DNA from: Macrostomum lignano
Taxonomy: Eukaryota
NCBI GenBank assembly: GCA_002269645.1
Contig: NIVC01000521.1
Location: 399,876-463,875, forward strand
Direction: 5' to 3'
Length of the DNA stretch: 64,000 nt
Shown: positions 47,273-60,226 of the stretch, piece by piece
Layout of the letters: each line of letters starts with the position of its first letter
Numbering within the stretch: the first letter of the stretch is position 1
The notes under the pieces: model-generated
What the model saw: the letters and a program-made list of their open reading frames with translations, nothing else
Database searches by the model: none
Told to the model about the DNA's origin: nothing
Program-made: the position numbers and the translations under genes

Positions 47273-50200
47273 GGCAGACAAAAAAAACAGACAGACAGAC
47301 ACACAGACAGACGGACACTAACAGACAGGCAGACACTAACAGACAGGCAGACACTAACAGACAGGCAGACACTAACAGACAGGCAGACACTAACAGACAG
47401 GCAGACACTAACAGACAGACAGACAGACACTAACAGACAGGCAGACACTAACAGACAGACAGACAGACACTAACAGACAGACAGACAGACACTAACAGAC
47501 AGGCAGACACTAACAGACAGGCAGACACTAACAGACAGGCAGACACTAACAGACAGGCAGACACTAACAGACAGACAGACACTAAGACACAGGCAGACAC
47601 TAACAGACAGGCAGACACTAACAGACAGGCAGACACTAACAGACAGGCAGACACTAACAGACAGGCAGACACTAACAGACAGGCAGACACTAACAGACAG
47701 GCAGACACTAAGACACAGGCCAATAGAGACAGCTCAAAGCTTTGTTGTCAGCTGGCAATGAACAAGCGATTCCCCTCATTGAACGTTCAGCGCACAAAGA
47801 ATTGGGAACAATTTCCAAGCAGCAAGTTGACGTTATAAATCTATGGCTATAATCGTATACACAAGCAACCCCGAATTGATATATTAATGCGCCTTAATAA
47901 GACATAAAAACTCAGCACGGCCAGACAGAAGCGCTGGTGGCGGTGGTAGGCGGTGGTTGGGTCGGGTGATCAGCTTTAATTTAGCACCGGCGCCAACAAT
48001 CCACCCATGGGAGTTCGACAAGCTCCCAAGCAAAACCCGATGCCAATTATCAGATAAAGACTAAAGGGTTGGCGACCCCTTGCTTCCTTCTGTCAACTGG
48101 CCACCCCAACCCCTTGGCCAGTCCCCCCCGAAGGCTCGAATAGAAATCGACATTGGGGCGAGTCACCAAGGCCAGTGGACTTGAAGAGCTAGATCATGCA
48201 TAATATCATTATTGTATACGATTTAGATCTTGCTGTAAGATCACTTGTTGAGACTACTGCTATTTAGAGCTTGCCAATAATAATAAAAACCATATAGGGT
48301 TGCTCATAAATTTGGGGGGAAATTTTTTTAGAGAATTCCCTGGGGCTAATCGGAGCCGAAGAAATTCGATGGCCGATGGCCTAAATTGTTTTTATCTCGT
48401 AAATAGCCATTGAAACACTCGTTTCCAATCTTCTGCTTCTAGAAGGAGGACCCTCCAGGAGGCGCAAAATAGATCCGCGTCACGCAGGCCAACTACGCGG
48501 GCGCGGTTTGGGCCGTTTTATTCTTGTCACCGCAGCCATGCTTTTGTAGGCGATTTTGGGCTCTGTAGCTGACCGCCTGCCCGCGTCTCTTCCCTCTCCT
48601 TCCTCCCTGTCAGCCTCTCCCTCTTAGCCTCTCCCTTTCCCTCTCAGCCTCTCCCTTTCCCTCTCAGTCTCTCCCTTTCCCTCTCAGCCTCTCCCTCTCT
48701 CTCTCAGCCTCTCCCTTTCCCTTTCCCTCTCAGCCTCTCCCATTCCCTCTCTCTCTCAGCTTCTCCCTTTCCCTCAGCCTCTCCCTTTCCTTTTCCCTCT
48801 CGCCTCTCCCTTTCCCTCTCAGCCTCTCCCTCTCTCTCTCTCTCAGCTTCTCCCTTTCCCTCTCAGCCTCTCCCTTTCCCTCTCAGCCTCTCCCTCTTAA
48901 CCTCTCCATTTCCTTTTCCCTCTCGCCTCTCCCTTTCCCTCTTAGCCTCTCCATTTCCTTTTCCCTCTCGCCTCTCCCTTTCCCTCTTAGCCTCTCCCTT
49001 TCCTTTTCCATCTCGCCTCTCCCTTTCCCTCTCAGCCTCTCCCTCTCCCTCTTAACCTCTCCATTTCCTTTTCCCTCTCGCCTCTCCCTTTCCCTCTCAG
49101 CCTCTACCTCTCCCTCTTAACCTCTCCATTTCCCTTTCCCTCTCGCCTCTCCCTTTCCCTCTCAGCCTCTCCCTCTCCCTCTTAACCTCTCCATTTCCTT
49201 TTCCCTCTCAGCCTCTCCCTTTCCTTTTCCCTCTCGCCTCTCCCTTTCCATCTCAGCCTCTCCCTTTCCATCTCAGCCTCTCCCTTTCCATCTCAGCCTC
49301 TCCCTTTCCCTTTCCCTCTCAGCCTCTCCCTTTCCCTCTCAGCCTCTCCCTTTCCATCTCAGCCTCTCCCTTTCCATCTCAGCCTCTCTCTTTCCCTTTC
49401 CCTCTCAGCCTCTCCCTTTCCCTTTCCCTCTCCCTCTCAGCCTCTCCCTTTCCCTTTCCCTCTCAGCGTCTCCCTCTCAGAATCTCCCTTTCCCTCAGCG
49501 CCTCTCCCTCTCAGCCTCTCCCTTTCCCTTTCCCTCTCAGCGTCTCCCTCTCGGAATCTCCCTTTCCCTCAGCGCCTCTCCCTCTCCCTCTCAGCCTCTC
49601 CCTTTCCCTTTCCCTCTCAGCGTCTCCCTTTCCCTTTCCCTCTCAGCGTCTCCCTTTCCCTTTCCCTCTCAGCATCTCCCTCTCAGAATCTCCCTTTCCC
49701 TCAGCGCCTCTCCTTTTCCCTCTCAGCCTCTCCTTTACCCTCTCAGCCTCTCCTTTTCCCTCTCAGCCTCTCCTTTTCCCTCTCAGCCTCTCCTTTTCCC
49801 TCTCAGCCTCTCCTTTTCCCTCTCAGCCTCTCCTTTTCCCTCTCAGCCTCTCCTTTACCCTCTCAGCCTCTCCTTTACCCTCTCAGCCTCTCCTTTTCCC
49901 TCTCAGCCTCTCCTTTTCCCTCTCAGCCTCTCCTTTTCCCTCTCAGCCTCTCCTTTTCCCTCTCAGCCTCTCCTTTTCCCTCTCAGCCTCTCCCTTTTCA
50001 TCTCAGAATCTTTCTTTCCCTTAGCCTCTCCCTCTTAGCCTCTCCCTCTCAGCCTCTCCTTTCCATCTCAGAATCTTTTTTCCCTCTTAGTCTCTCCCTT
50101 TCCCTCAGCCTCTCCCTCTTAGCCTCTCCCTTTCCCTCAGCCTCTCCCTCTTAGTCTCTCCCTTTCCCTCTCAGAATCTCCCTTTCCCTCAGCGCCTCTC

Positions 50201-53200
50201 CCTCTCCCTCTCAGCCTCTCCCTTTCCCTCTCAGCGTCTCCCTCTCAGAATCTCCCTTTCCCTCAGCGCCTCTCCCTCTCCCTCTCAGCCTCTCCCTTTC
50301 CCTTTCCCTCTCAGCGTCTCCCTTTCCCTTTCCCTCTCAGCGTCTCCCTCTCAGAATCTCCCTTTCCCTCAGCGCCTCTCCTTTTCCCTCTCAGCCTCTC
50401 CTTTACCCTCTCAGCCTCTCCTTTTCCCTCTCAGCCTCTCCTTTTCCCTCTCAGCCTCTCCTTTTCCCTCTCAGCCTCTCCTTTTCCCTCTCAGCCTCTC
50501 CTTTTCCCTCTCAGCCTCTCCTTTTCCCTCTCAGCCTCTCCTTTACCCTCTCAGCCTCTCCCTTTCCCTCTCAGCCTCTCCTTTTCCCTCTCAGCCTCTC
50601 CTTTTCCCTCTCAGCCTCTCCCTTTCCCTCTCAGCCTCTCCTTTTCCCTCTCAGCCTCTCCTTTTCCCTCTCAGCCTCTCCCTTTCCCTCTCAGCCTCTC
50701 CCTTTTCATCTCAGAATCTTTCTTTCCCTTAGCCTCTCCCTCTTAGCCTCTCCCTCTCAGCCTCTCCTTTCCATCTCAGAATCTTTTTTTCCCTCTTAGT
50801 CTCTCCCTTTCCCTCAGCCTCTCCCTCTTAGCCTCTCCCTTTCCCTCAGCCTCTCCCTCTTAGTCTCTCCCTTTCCCTCTCAGCATCTCCCTCTCAGAAT
50901 CTCCCTTTCCCTCAGCGCCTCTCCCTCTCAGCCGCTCCTTTTCCCTCTCAGCCGCTCCTTTTCCCTCTCAGCCTCTCCTTTACCCTCTCAGCCTCTCCTT
51001 TTCCCTCTCAGCCTCTCCCTCTCCCCCTCAGCTGTCCATTCTCATTTGCAGCCGCAAACGTCTCAGCAAATTTTTCATGGTTCTACAGGCAGACACAGCG
51101 CCTTAAACACAGGTGCCGAAAGTGTCGTTCTATTGTATGTATAGTTACGAGTATATATACGAGTAGGCCTCGACAACATAACGAGAAGACTTCTAAGACT
51201 TCTACTATCAATATTCAAGCAGGCATTTAGGCTATTTTAATGGATACAGTAGCTATCGAATCACATAACAGGCGTCCCATCTGGGATGTCAAGGTGTGGG
51301 TTTTATTAGGTTAGGTGAAAAATCAGAAATAAGCGCAGACACACACACAGCTAGACAGCAGACGCTGCAGCAAGATACCCTGAAGAGCTCTAAGAGACGC
51401 CGGTCCAAGCCATCTGGTTGATGAGACGCCGGCAGTCAGTCCCGGAAGGCCTTAGCGACACTTTCAAGCGATAACACTTCAACACGATCACCCGAGAAGG
51501 AGGCGATAGAACAATAATAAAAAATACTTCAACACGGCAGCCAGGAGACCCTCTTGTTCTCTTTTCTATAAGTTTTCGAGCGGAGAATTACAGAATTGAA
51601 GTGGCGTTTCAGTTATCCGCAACCACCAAACTAACCCACTTGAAGGCCGACTTGTAACCCCGGCTAATATATACAGTGGCGCATATATTACACAGACTGC
51701 TCTTGGCTTCTGTAGCAACTGAGCATAAGGCCAATTCAACTCATAGAGTGAGCATGCAGCCATTGTGTTTGTCTGCCTGCTGCCATTGATTCCTATTGAT
51801 ACAAATTATATGAAATTATCATTCTGCTTCGTATTGCGACTTGAAAAATAACTTAACTAATTATGACCAGAATATATTGACAGTTCCCATGATTGACAGG
51901 GCAGCGAGATTGGCTTCTCAGCCTCTACCTCTCCCTGCCTCTCTCCCTGCATCTCTTCCTCTCTCCCTGCATCTCTTCCTCTCCCGCTGCATCTCTTCCT
52001 CTCCCTGCATCTCTGCCTCTCTCCCTGCATCTTCCTCTCTCCATGCATCTCTTCCACTCTGCCTGCATCTCTTCCTCTCTCCCTGCATCTCTTCCTCTCT
52101 CCCTGCATCTCTTCCTCTCTCCCTGCATCTCTTCCTCTCTCCCTGCATCTCTTCCTCTCTCCCTGCATCTCTTCCTCTCTCCTTGCATCTCTTCTCTCTC
52201 CCTGCATATTTTCCCCTCTCCCTGCATCTCCGCCTCTCTACCTGCATCTCTGCCTCTCTCCCTGCATCTCCGTCTCTCTCCTTGCATCTCTTCCACTCTG
52301 CCTGCATCTCTCCCTCTCTCCCTGCATCTCTGCTTCTCTCCCTGCATCTCTTCCTCTCTCCCTGCATATCTCCTCTCTCCCTTCATCTCTGCTTCTCTCC
52401 CTGCATCTTCCTCTCTCCCTGCATCTCTGCCTCTCTCCCTGCATCTCTGCCTCTCTCCCTGCATCTCTTCCTCTCTCCCTGTATCTCTTCCACTCTGCCT
52501 GCATCTCTGCCTCTCTCCTTGCATCTCTTCCACTCTGCCTGCATCTCTTCCTCTCTCCCTGCATCTCTGCCTCTCTCCTTGCATCTCTGCCTCTCCCTGC
52601 ATCTCTGCCTCTCTCCCTGCATCTCTGCCTCTCTCCCTGCATCTCTGCCTCTCTTCTTGCATCTCTTCCACTCTGCCTGCATCTCTGCCTCTCTCCCTGC
52701 ATCTCTGCCTCTCTCCTTGCATCTCTTCCACTCTGCCTGCATCTCTGCCTCTCTCCCTTTCTCTCTACATGCCTCCATTTCTCCTTGTCGCCCTGCATCT
52801 CACCATCTCCCCTTCATTTCCCCCTGATCAATAAATTTCTCTCCCTGCATCGCCCTCCCATTCCCACACCCAAGTTATAAAATCGCAAACCAAAGGACAG
52901 CAAAGCCGCATTAGAACCTCGGCAGATGAAACATTTCTGAAGAAAATAAGGATTATCACCCGAGAATTATCTGACTCAATTTCCCAAACCTCCCACACTC
53001 CCAAAATTTGAGTCGCGGGCCAGTCGTATCCCAGACGTTTCCACAGTTTTAAACCGAACTGGAATTCATATTTGCCTGCAAAAGATTGAGAAAGACACAG
53101 ACTTACACTCGCATACATACACATACAAATTTATATAGAGACAACACAGGAAGCCTGGACCTTCCACAACGAATTTTAGGGGAAAGCGGGGGTGATACAG

Positions 53201-56200
53201 GCAGTAGCTTATATTTGATTGAGAAAGGTATTAGGAATCTAAGCGGCAAAAATGAGACAGGAAATGGAGATGGGAATCGGGAGCTAAAAAGCATCTGCAG
53301 GCGGGGTTTGATGGTCCGTATTTGTTCAAAATTGGTCTAGCAAAACACACACACACACATACACAGAGACACGCGCAAACCGCCCCTATTTCTCCTAACA
53401 ATGCATAATCTGTGTGCGCGGCTTAGGTTGGTTTTTAACCCCTCTTCTCACTTCCGTCAAGGAGACGCTGCTGCTGCTGCTGCTGCTTCTAGAAGGAATA
53501 GCAACAAGGATTAGAAATCAGAGAATCAACTGCTGGGAATCTAGAAGCAGAAAGAAAGCAAGGACAAGAGAGGAAATCGGGGCAGGGGGACGCAGCACCT
53601 GATTCTGTCGGGAGGTTCCGCGATCGATTTTGTTTTTGTTTCACAAAACACACGCAGCAACAGCAAAAGCAGAAACGATTCCCACTCTATCCGGCTTGAA
53701 GAGATGCGAAAGCAGCAACAGACGCAGCAAAAATCTGCAGAAGCATTGCCTGAAGTGGACACGCACAATGCACAAGGGCGATGCTCCCCCCGTCCCGCAA
53801 TGACCTCTTAAGATTCCGATTCGCGCTGCACTGCTTAGCTGATTGTCTGCAAAAAATCAAGGTTAACAATCAAGATAATGGCAACCCCCCTCCCTCCAGA
53901 AGGGCAGAAGCGCAAAAGCAAACACCTTGCTAATCGCTCAGGCTTGCAGGAATATAAAAAACTGCTTTAAAAATGTGTCAACAGCAAGCATATGGGGACA
54001 CTTCAGGATTGTCTGTCGGGCCTGAAGCAGAAGGACCCTTTTTTGCAAACTTGAGCGCTCTTACAGATTGGTCTTAGTAGTGATATATCCTTCCCAATTT
54101 ATGGGAATTGCATGCAGCTAAATATTACACTATTATAAAGAAGACTTTGAGGCCCTCCCGTCCGTCTCTGTCCCCCAATGCAAACAGGCTGCTCATTCAG
54201 CGAAAAAACTAGCGAACATATGCGCTGCTTCAGCCTGTCGTCTGCTGCTACAAGAAGAAGCGAAATCAAGTAGAGCAGAGAAAAGGGATTTATCCTAAAC
54301 GAAAAAAGTTGGCAAACAGAGGCCTCTGTCCGAAATGGTCTTGCATGTTCTTAATCTGCAAAGTGAGATTAACAGGCTGGGAGGCAGATTGAAAGAATGT
54401 CAGACTGGACTGGGGACTGGGGACTGGGGACTGAAGGACTGGGGACTGGGGACTGAAGGACTGGGGACTGGGGACTGAAGGACTGGGACTGGGGACTGAA
54501 GGACTGGGGACTGGGGACTGAAGGACTGGGGACTGAAGGACTGAAGGACTGGGGACTGAAGGAATGGGGACTGGGGACTGAAGGAATGGGGACTGGGGAC
54601 TGAAGGACTGAAGGACTGGGGACTGAAGGACTGGGGACTGGGGACTGAAGGACTGAAGGACTGGGGACTGAAGGACTGAAGGACTGGGGACTGAAGGAAT
54701 GGGGACTGGGGACTGAAGGACTGAAGGACTGGGGAGTGAAGGACTGAAGGACTGGGGACTGAAGGACTGGGGACTGGGGACTGAAGGAATGGGGACTGGA
54801 GACTGAAGGACTGGGGACTGGGGACTGAAGGAATGGGGACTGGAGACTGAAGGAATGGGGACTGGGGACTGAAGGAATGGTCCCTTAGTCCCTTAGTCCC
54901 TTAGAATGGGGACTGGGGATTGAAGGACTGGGGACTGAAGGAATGGGGACTGGGGACTGGGGACTGAATGAATGGGGACTGGAGACTGAAGGAATGGGGA
55001 CTGGAGACTGAAGGACTGAAGGACTGGGGACTGAAGTAATGGGGAATGGGGATTGAAGGACTGGGGACTGAAAGACTTGGGTCTGAGGACTGAAGGACTG
55101 AGGACTGAAGGACTGGGGACTGGGGACTGAAGGAATGGGGACTGGAGACTGAAGGAATGGGGACTGGGGATTGAAGGACTGGGGACTGAAGGACTGGGGA
55201 CTGGGGAGTGAAGGAATGGGGACTGGAGACTGAAAGAATGGGGACTGGGGACTGAAGGAATGGGGACTGGGGGCTGAAGGAATGGGGAATGGGGATTGAA
55301 GGACTGGGGACTGAAAGACTGGGGTCTGAAGGACTGATGACTGAAGGACTGGGGTCTGAAGGACAGAGGACTGAATGACTGAAGGACTGAGGACTGAAGG
55401 ACTGGGGTCTGAATGACAGAGGACTAAATGACTGAAGGACTGAGGTCTGAAGGACTGAGAACTGAAGGACTGAAGGACTGGGGTCTGAGGACTAAGGGAC
55501 ATAATAAAATGTTTCGAATAAAACAATTTGTACTTATCAGTAAAAAGAAAAGTAACGAAAAGTATAATGCAAAAGATAAAGAAGCAAGAATCCACGCGCC
55601 ATCAGGCCTATCAAATGTCCAGTATTGAGACTGAACGCAAACTCCTTCAGCGGAACAGAACAAGATATTACAGCATGGGAGTATATAGATAGGCCCAGGT
55701 GCCAGCTCAAACACATCTTGAACACGCGCACAGCGTCATAGCAGGGACACGCGCTCAAGGTACACTATTATTGCGTGTGCCAGACAGCCCAGCCCCTCTT
55801 CTAATCAAACATACAGTAGAGGGGCAAAGCTGCCAGACTGAAAGCGAAAGCAGGTGCGATTGCGCCAATAGAAGATCTCACTTTCTTCCCACTTGACACA
55901 ATCGGGCCCTTCTAGCTTTTGGGAAGAATGAGAAATTAAGGGAAAACGTTCTCACTCGATTTTGGAACAGGAAAGCACATATCCAAGCAATTCTTTCAGA
56001 TCTGCCGCTTAGACTAAAGAATATACACATATGAATTGAGCAACACAAACACACGCACAATACTATTATAGGTTTAAGTGAACTGTTGGGATAAGTTAAC
56101 AAGACAGCATTGACACCTTTAACTGCACACCCAACCAACCCCCCACTCCCCGCGTCGAAGGCCTGCCAGGGTAAACAGCAGGCCGACACGAATGAGAAGT

Positions 56201-58687
56201 TAGAAGAATAACTCATGTTGACCCAGGGGGGCTGTGACTGCGGTATTGAGCTTGAGAATAGATTGAAAAAAAGAGAGGAAAACGGTAGAGCCTGAGCCTC
56301 CCTACTTCGGGCGGGTGTTTGTCTTCATAAACAGACTCTTCTAATTTCAGGTTTTTAACAGAGCTTTTCTCACACTTTCCCTGTGCTCAGCTAGTTGAGC
56401 ACGAGCATTTGTATTTACCCCGAATGTTAACAGTTTTTTTTGACACTGGGCCAGCGCTTCGAGTAGATCTTGCACCTGGTTGATATAGAGGAAGCCGCAG
56501 GGATACGATATTATAGCTGGATTCTTAATTCGGAGAATAGCATAACAGTTTCATAGATGAGCTGAGAATTCAATTGTTGAATGGTTGGCTTGGTTTGGCT
56601 CCGACTAAGTGCATGGTATGGACCAGGATGAAGATTTGAGAGGCTGGCCCAGCAACTGAGGATCTGGGAGTCTGGCCCAGCAACTGAGGATCTGGGAGGC
56701 TGGCCCAGCAACTGAGGATCTGAGAGGCTGGCCCAGCAACTGAGGATCTGGGATGGTGGTCCTGCAACTGAGGATCTGGGAGGCTGGCCCAGCAACTGAG
56801 GATCTGGGAGGCTGGCCCAGTAACTGAGGATCTGGGATGCTGGCCCAGTAACTGAGGATCTGGGAGTCTGGCCCAGCAACTGAGGATCTGGGAGGCTGGT
56901 CCTGCAACTGAGGATCTGGGAGGCTGGCCCAGCAACTGAAGATCTGGGAGGCTAGCCCAGCAACTGAGGATCTTGGAGGCTGGCCCAGCAACTGAGGATC
57001 TTGGAGGCTGGCCCAGCAACTGAGGATCTGGGAGGCTGGTCCAGCAACTGATGATCTGGGAGGCTGGTCCAGCAACTGAGGATCTGGGAAGGTGATCCTG
57101 CAACTGAGGATCTGGGAGGCTGGTCCTGCAACTGAGGATCTGGGAGGCTGGATCAGCAACTGAGGATCTTGGAGGCTGGCCCAGCAACTGAGGATCTGGG
57201 AGGCTGGCCCAGCAACTGAGGATCTTGGAGGCTGGCCCAGCAACTGAGGATCTGGGAGGCTGGCCCAGCAACTGAGGATCTGGGAGGCTGGTCCAGCAAC
57301 TGAGGATCTGGGAGGCTGATCCAGCAACTGACACTCTGGGAAGCTGGCCCAGCAACTGAGGATCTGGGAGGCTGGTCCTGCAACTGAGGATCTGGGAGGC
57401 TGGATCAGCAACTGAGGATCTTGGAGGCTGGCCCAGCAACTGAGGATCTTGGAGGCTGGTCCTGCAACTGAGGATCTGGGAGGCTGGCCCAGCAACTGAG
57501 GATCTGGGAGGCTGGTCCAGCAACTGAGGATCTGGGAGGCTGGATCAGCAACTGAGGATCTTGGAGGCTGGCCCAGCAACTGAGGATCTTGGAGGCTGGC
57601 CCAGCAACTGAGGATCTTGGAGGCTGGCCCAGCAACTGAGGATCTGGGAGGCTGGTCCAGTAACTGAGGATCTGGGAGGCTGGTCCTGCAACTGAGGATC
57701 TGGGAGGCTGGTCCTGCAACTGAGGATCTGGGAGGCTGGATCAGCAACTGAGGATCTTGGAGGCTGGCCCAGCAACTGAGGATCTTGGAGGCTGGCCCAG
57801 CAACTGAGGATCTTGGAGGCTGGTCCAGCAACTGAGGATCTGTGAGGCTGGCCCAGCAACTGAGGATCTGGGGCAACAGCAAGCAAAACAAAACACAGAT
57901 TAAGAAAGATTTAGGACTCTAAAAAGCAGCAACAGCAAGCCGTGATCAGATTGCGCAATGCAATTCTCAATAGCTGAAGAATCCCTCCGATCCCAGCAGT
58001 GCCGCCAGCTCAAGTATGAAATTAAGCGAGCAACAAGTGGCCGCAAAGAGAGCACAGGTGCCTTCCGAGCTATTCGGTTTGAGGCTAAGAGAGCTTGAAG
58101 AAGTTCAGAGAAGTGAGATATTTATTAAAAACAGATGGATAGAGAGGCCAGGTGCTCTCTCGCTAGGCCACTTGTATATCGAGCTATTTAAGCTACTCAC
58201 AGCATGAGTACGAGCCAGCCAAGGATCTCCCACACAGGCGTGGCCAAAGCAATGTTGCCGCTTGTCAGCCTGTGAAGGAATTGTTCAAACAGATCGGACT
58301 AAGCTTATACACTTATTAAAACAGCGCTGGAGTTAAACACACTCAGCGAGGACACAATTAAAAGCACGCACTTGAACGTGTCAACAAGCTGCCTGAGATC
58401 GTCCGCGATGCAATTTAAGCCGTCGAGTTTAACAGCGGCGGCGCCGACAAAAGCGGCCAATTTTTCTTGGACGACGCGACGACGCAGGGTCGCCTGGCTG
58501 GCCGAGTCCACCGGCGGCATGCGGCGCTGCTCCCTGGCGGCCGTTTCTTTTTCTAAAATAGAATAGAACACAGCTGCTAATCATGCTACTGTCAGTTTGA
58601 TGTTAGTAGGCAAGCTGCGAATTTTAACGTATTTTATGCTAAAACGAACTAAGTAACTAACTGACGAATAAACTACGAGCGTATTGA

Positions 58688-58724
<37 letters not shown>

Positions 58725-58725
58725 G

Positions 58726-58764
<39 letters not shown>

Positions 58765-58789
58765 GACTAACTAACTAACTAACTAACTG

Positions 58790-58856
<67 letters not shown>

Positions 58857-58895
58857 GACTAATTAACTAAATAACTAACTAACTGACTGACTAAT

Positions 58896-58940
<45 letters not shown>

Positions 58941-58961
58941 GACTAACTAACTAACTAACTG

Positions 58962-59012
<51 letters not shown>

Positions 59013-59045
59013 GACTAATTAACTAACTAACTAACTAACTAACTG

Positions 59046-59076
<31 letters not shown>

Positions 59077-59115
59077 CACTAATTAACTAAAAAACTAACT
59101 AACTAACTAACTAAG

Positions 59116-59164
<49 letters not shown>

Positions 59165-59203
59165 GACTAATTAACTAACTAACTAACTGACTAATTAACT
59201 AAA

Positions 59204-59284
<81 letters not shown>

Positions 59285-59602
59285 GACTAATTAACTAAAT
59301 AACTAACTAACTAACTAACTCACTAATTAACTAAAAAACTAACTAACTAACTAACTAACTAACTCACTAATTAACTAAATAACTAACAAACTAACTAACT
59401 AACTCACTAATTAACTAAATAACTAACAAACTAACTAACTAACTCACTAATTAACTAAATAACTAACTAACTAACTAACTCACTAATTAACTAAATAACT
59501 AACTAACTAGCTAACTAACTAGCTAACTAACAAACAAACAAACTAACTAACTGACAACTAACTGAATAAAACTAACTAGCTAACTAACTGACTAACTAAC
59601 TG

Positions 59603-59645
<43 letters not shown>

Positions 59646-59646
59646 G

Positions 59647-59686
<40 letters not shown>

Positions 59687-59763
59687 GCTAACTAACAAAC
59701 AAACTAACTAACTGACAACTAACTGAATAAAACTAACTAGCTAACTAACTGACTAACTAACTG

Positions 59764-59802
<39 letters not shown>

Positions 59803-59871
59803 GACTGACTAACTAACCAACTAACTAACTAACTAACTAACTAACTAATTAACTAACTAACTAACTAACTG

Positions 59872-59904
<33 letters not shown>

Positions 59905-59905
59905 T

Positions 59906-59968
<63 letters not shown>

Positions 59969-59969
59969 T

Positions 59970-60032
<63 letters not shown>

Positions 60033-60033
60033 T

Positions 60034-60079
<46 letters not shown>

Positions 60080-60191
60080 GCTAACTAACTAACTAACTAA
60101 CTAACTAATTAACTAACTAACTAACTAACTGACTAACTAACTAACTAACTAACTGACTAACTAACTCACTAACTAACTGACTAACTAACTC

Positions 60192-60226
<35 letters not shown>

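Noticed and set aside
51841-57891. Long ORFs (236-428 aa) over the 20-bp, G-rich and 28-bp arrays
   Set aside because: Stop-poor tandem repeats translated in several frames, inside the RPAP2 intron.
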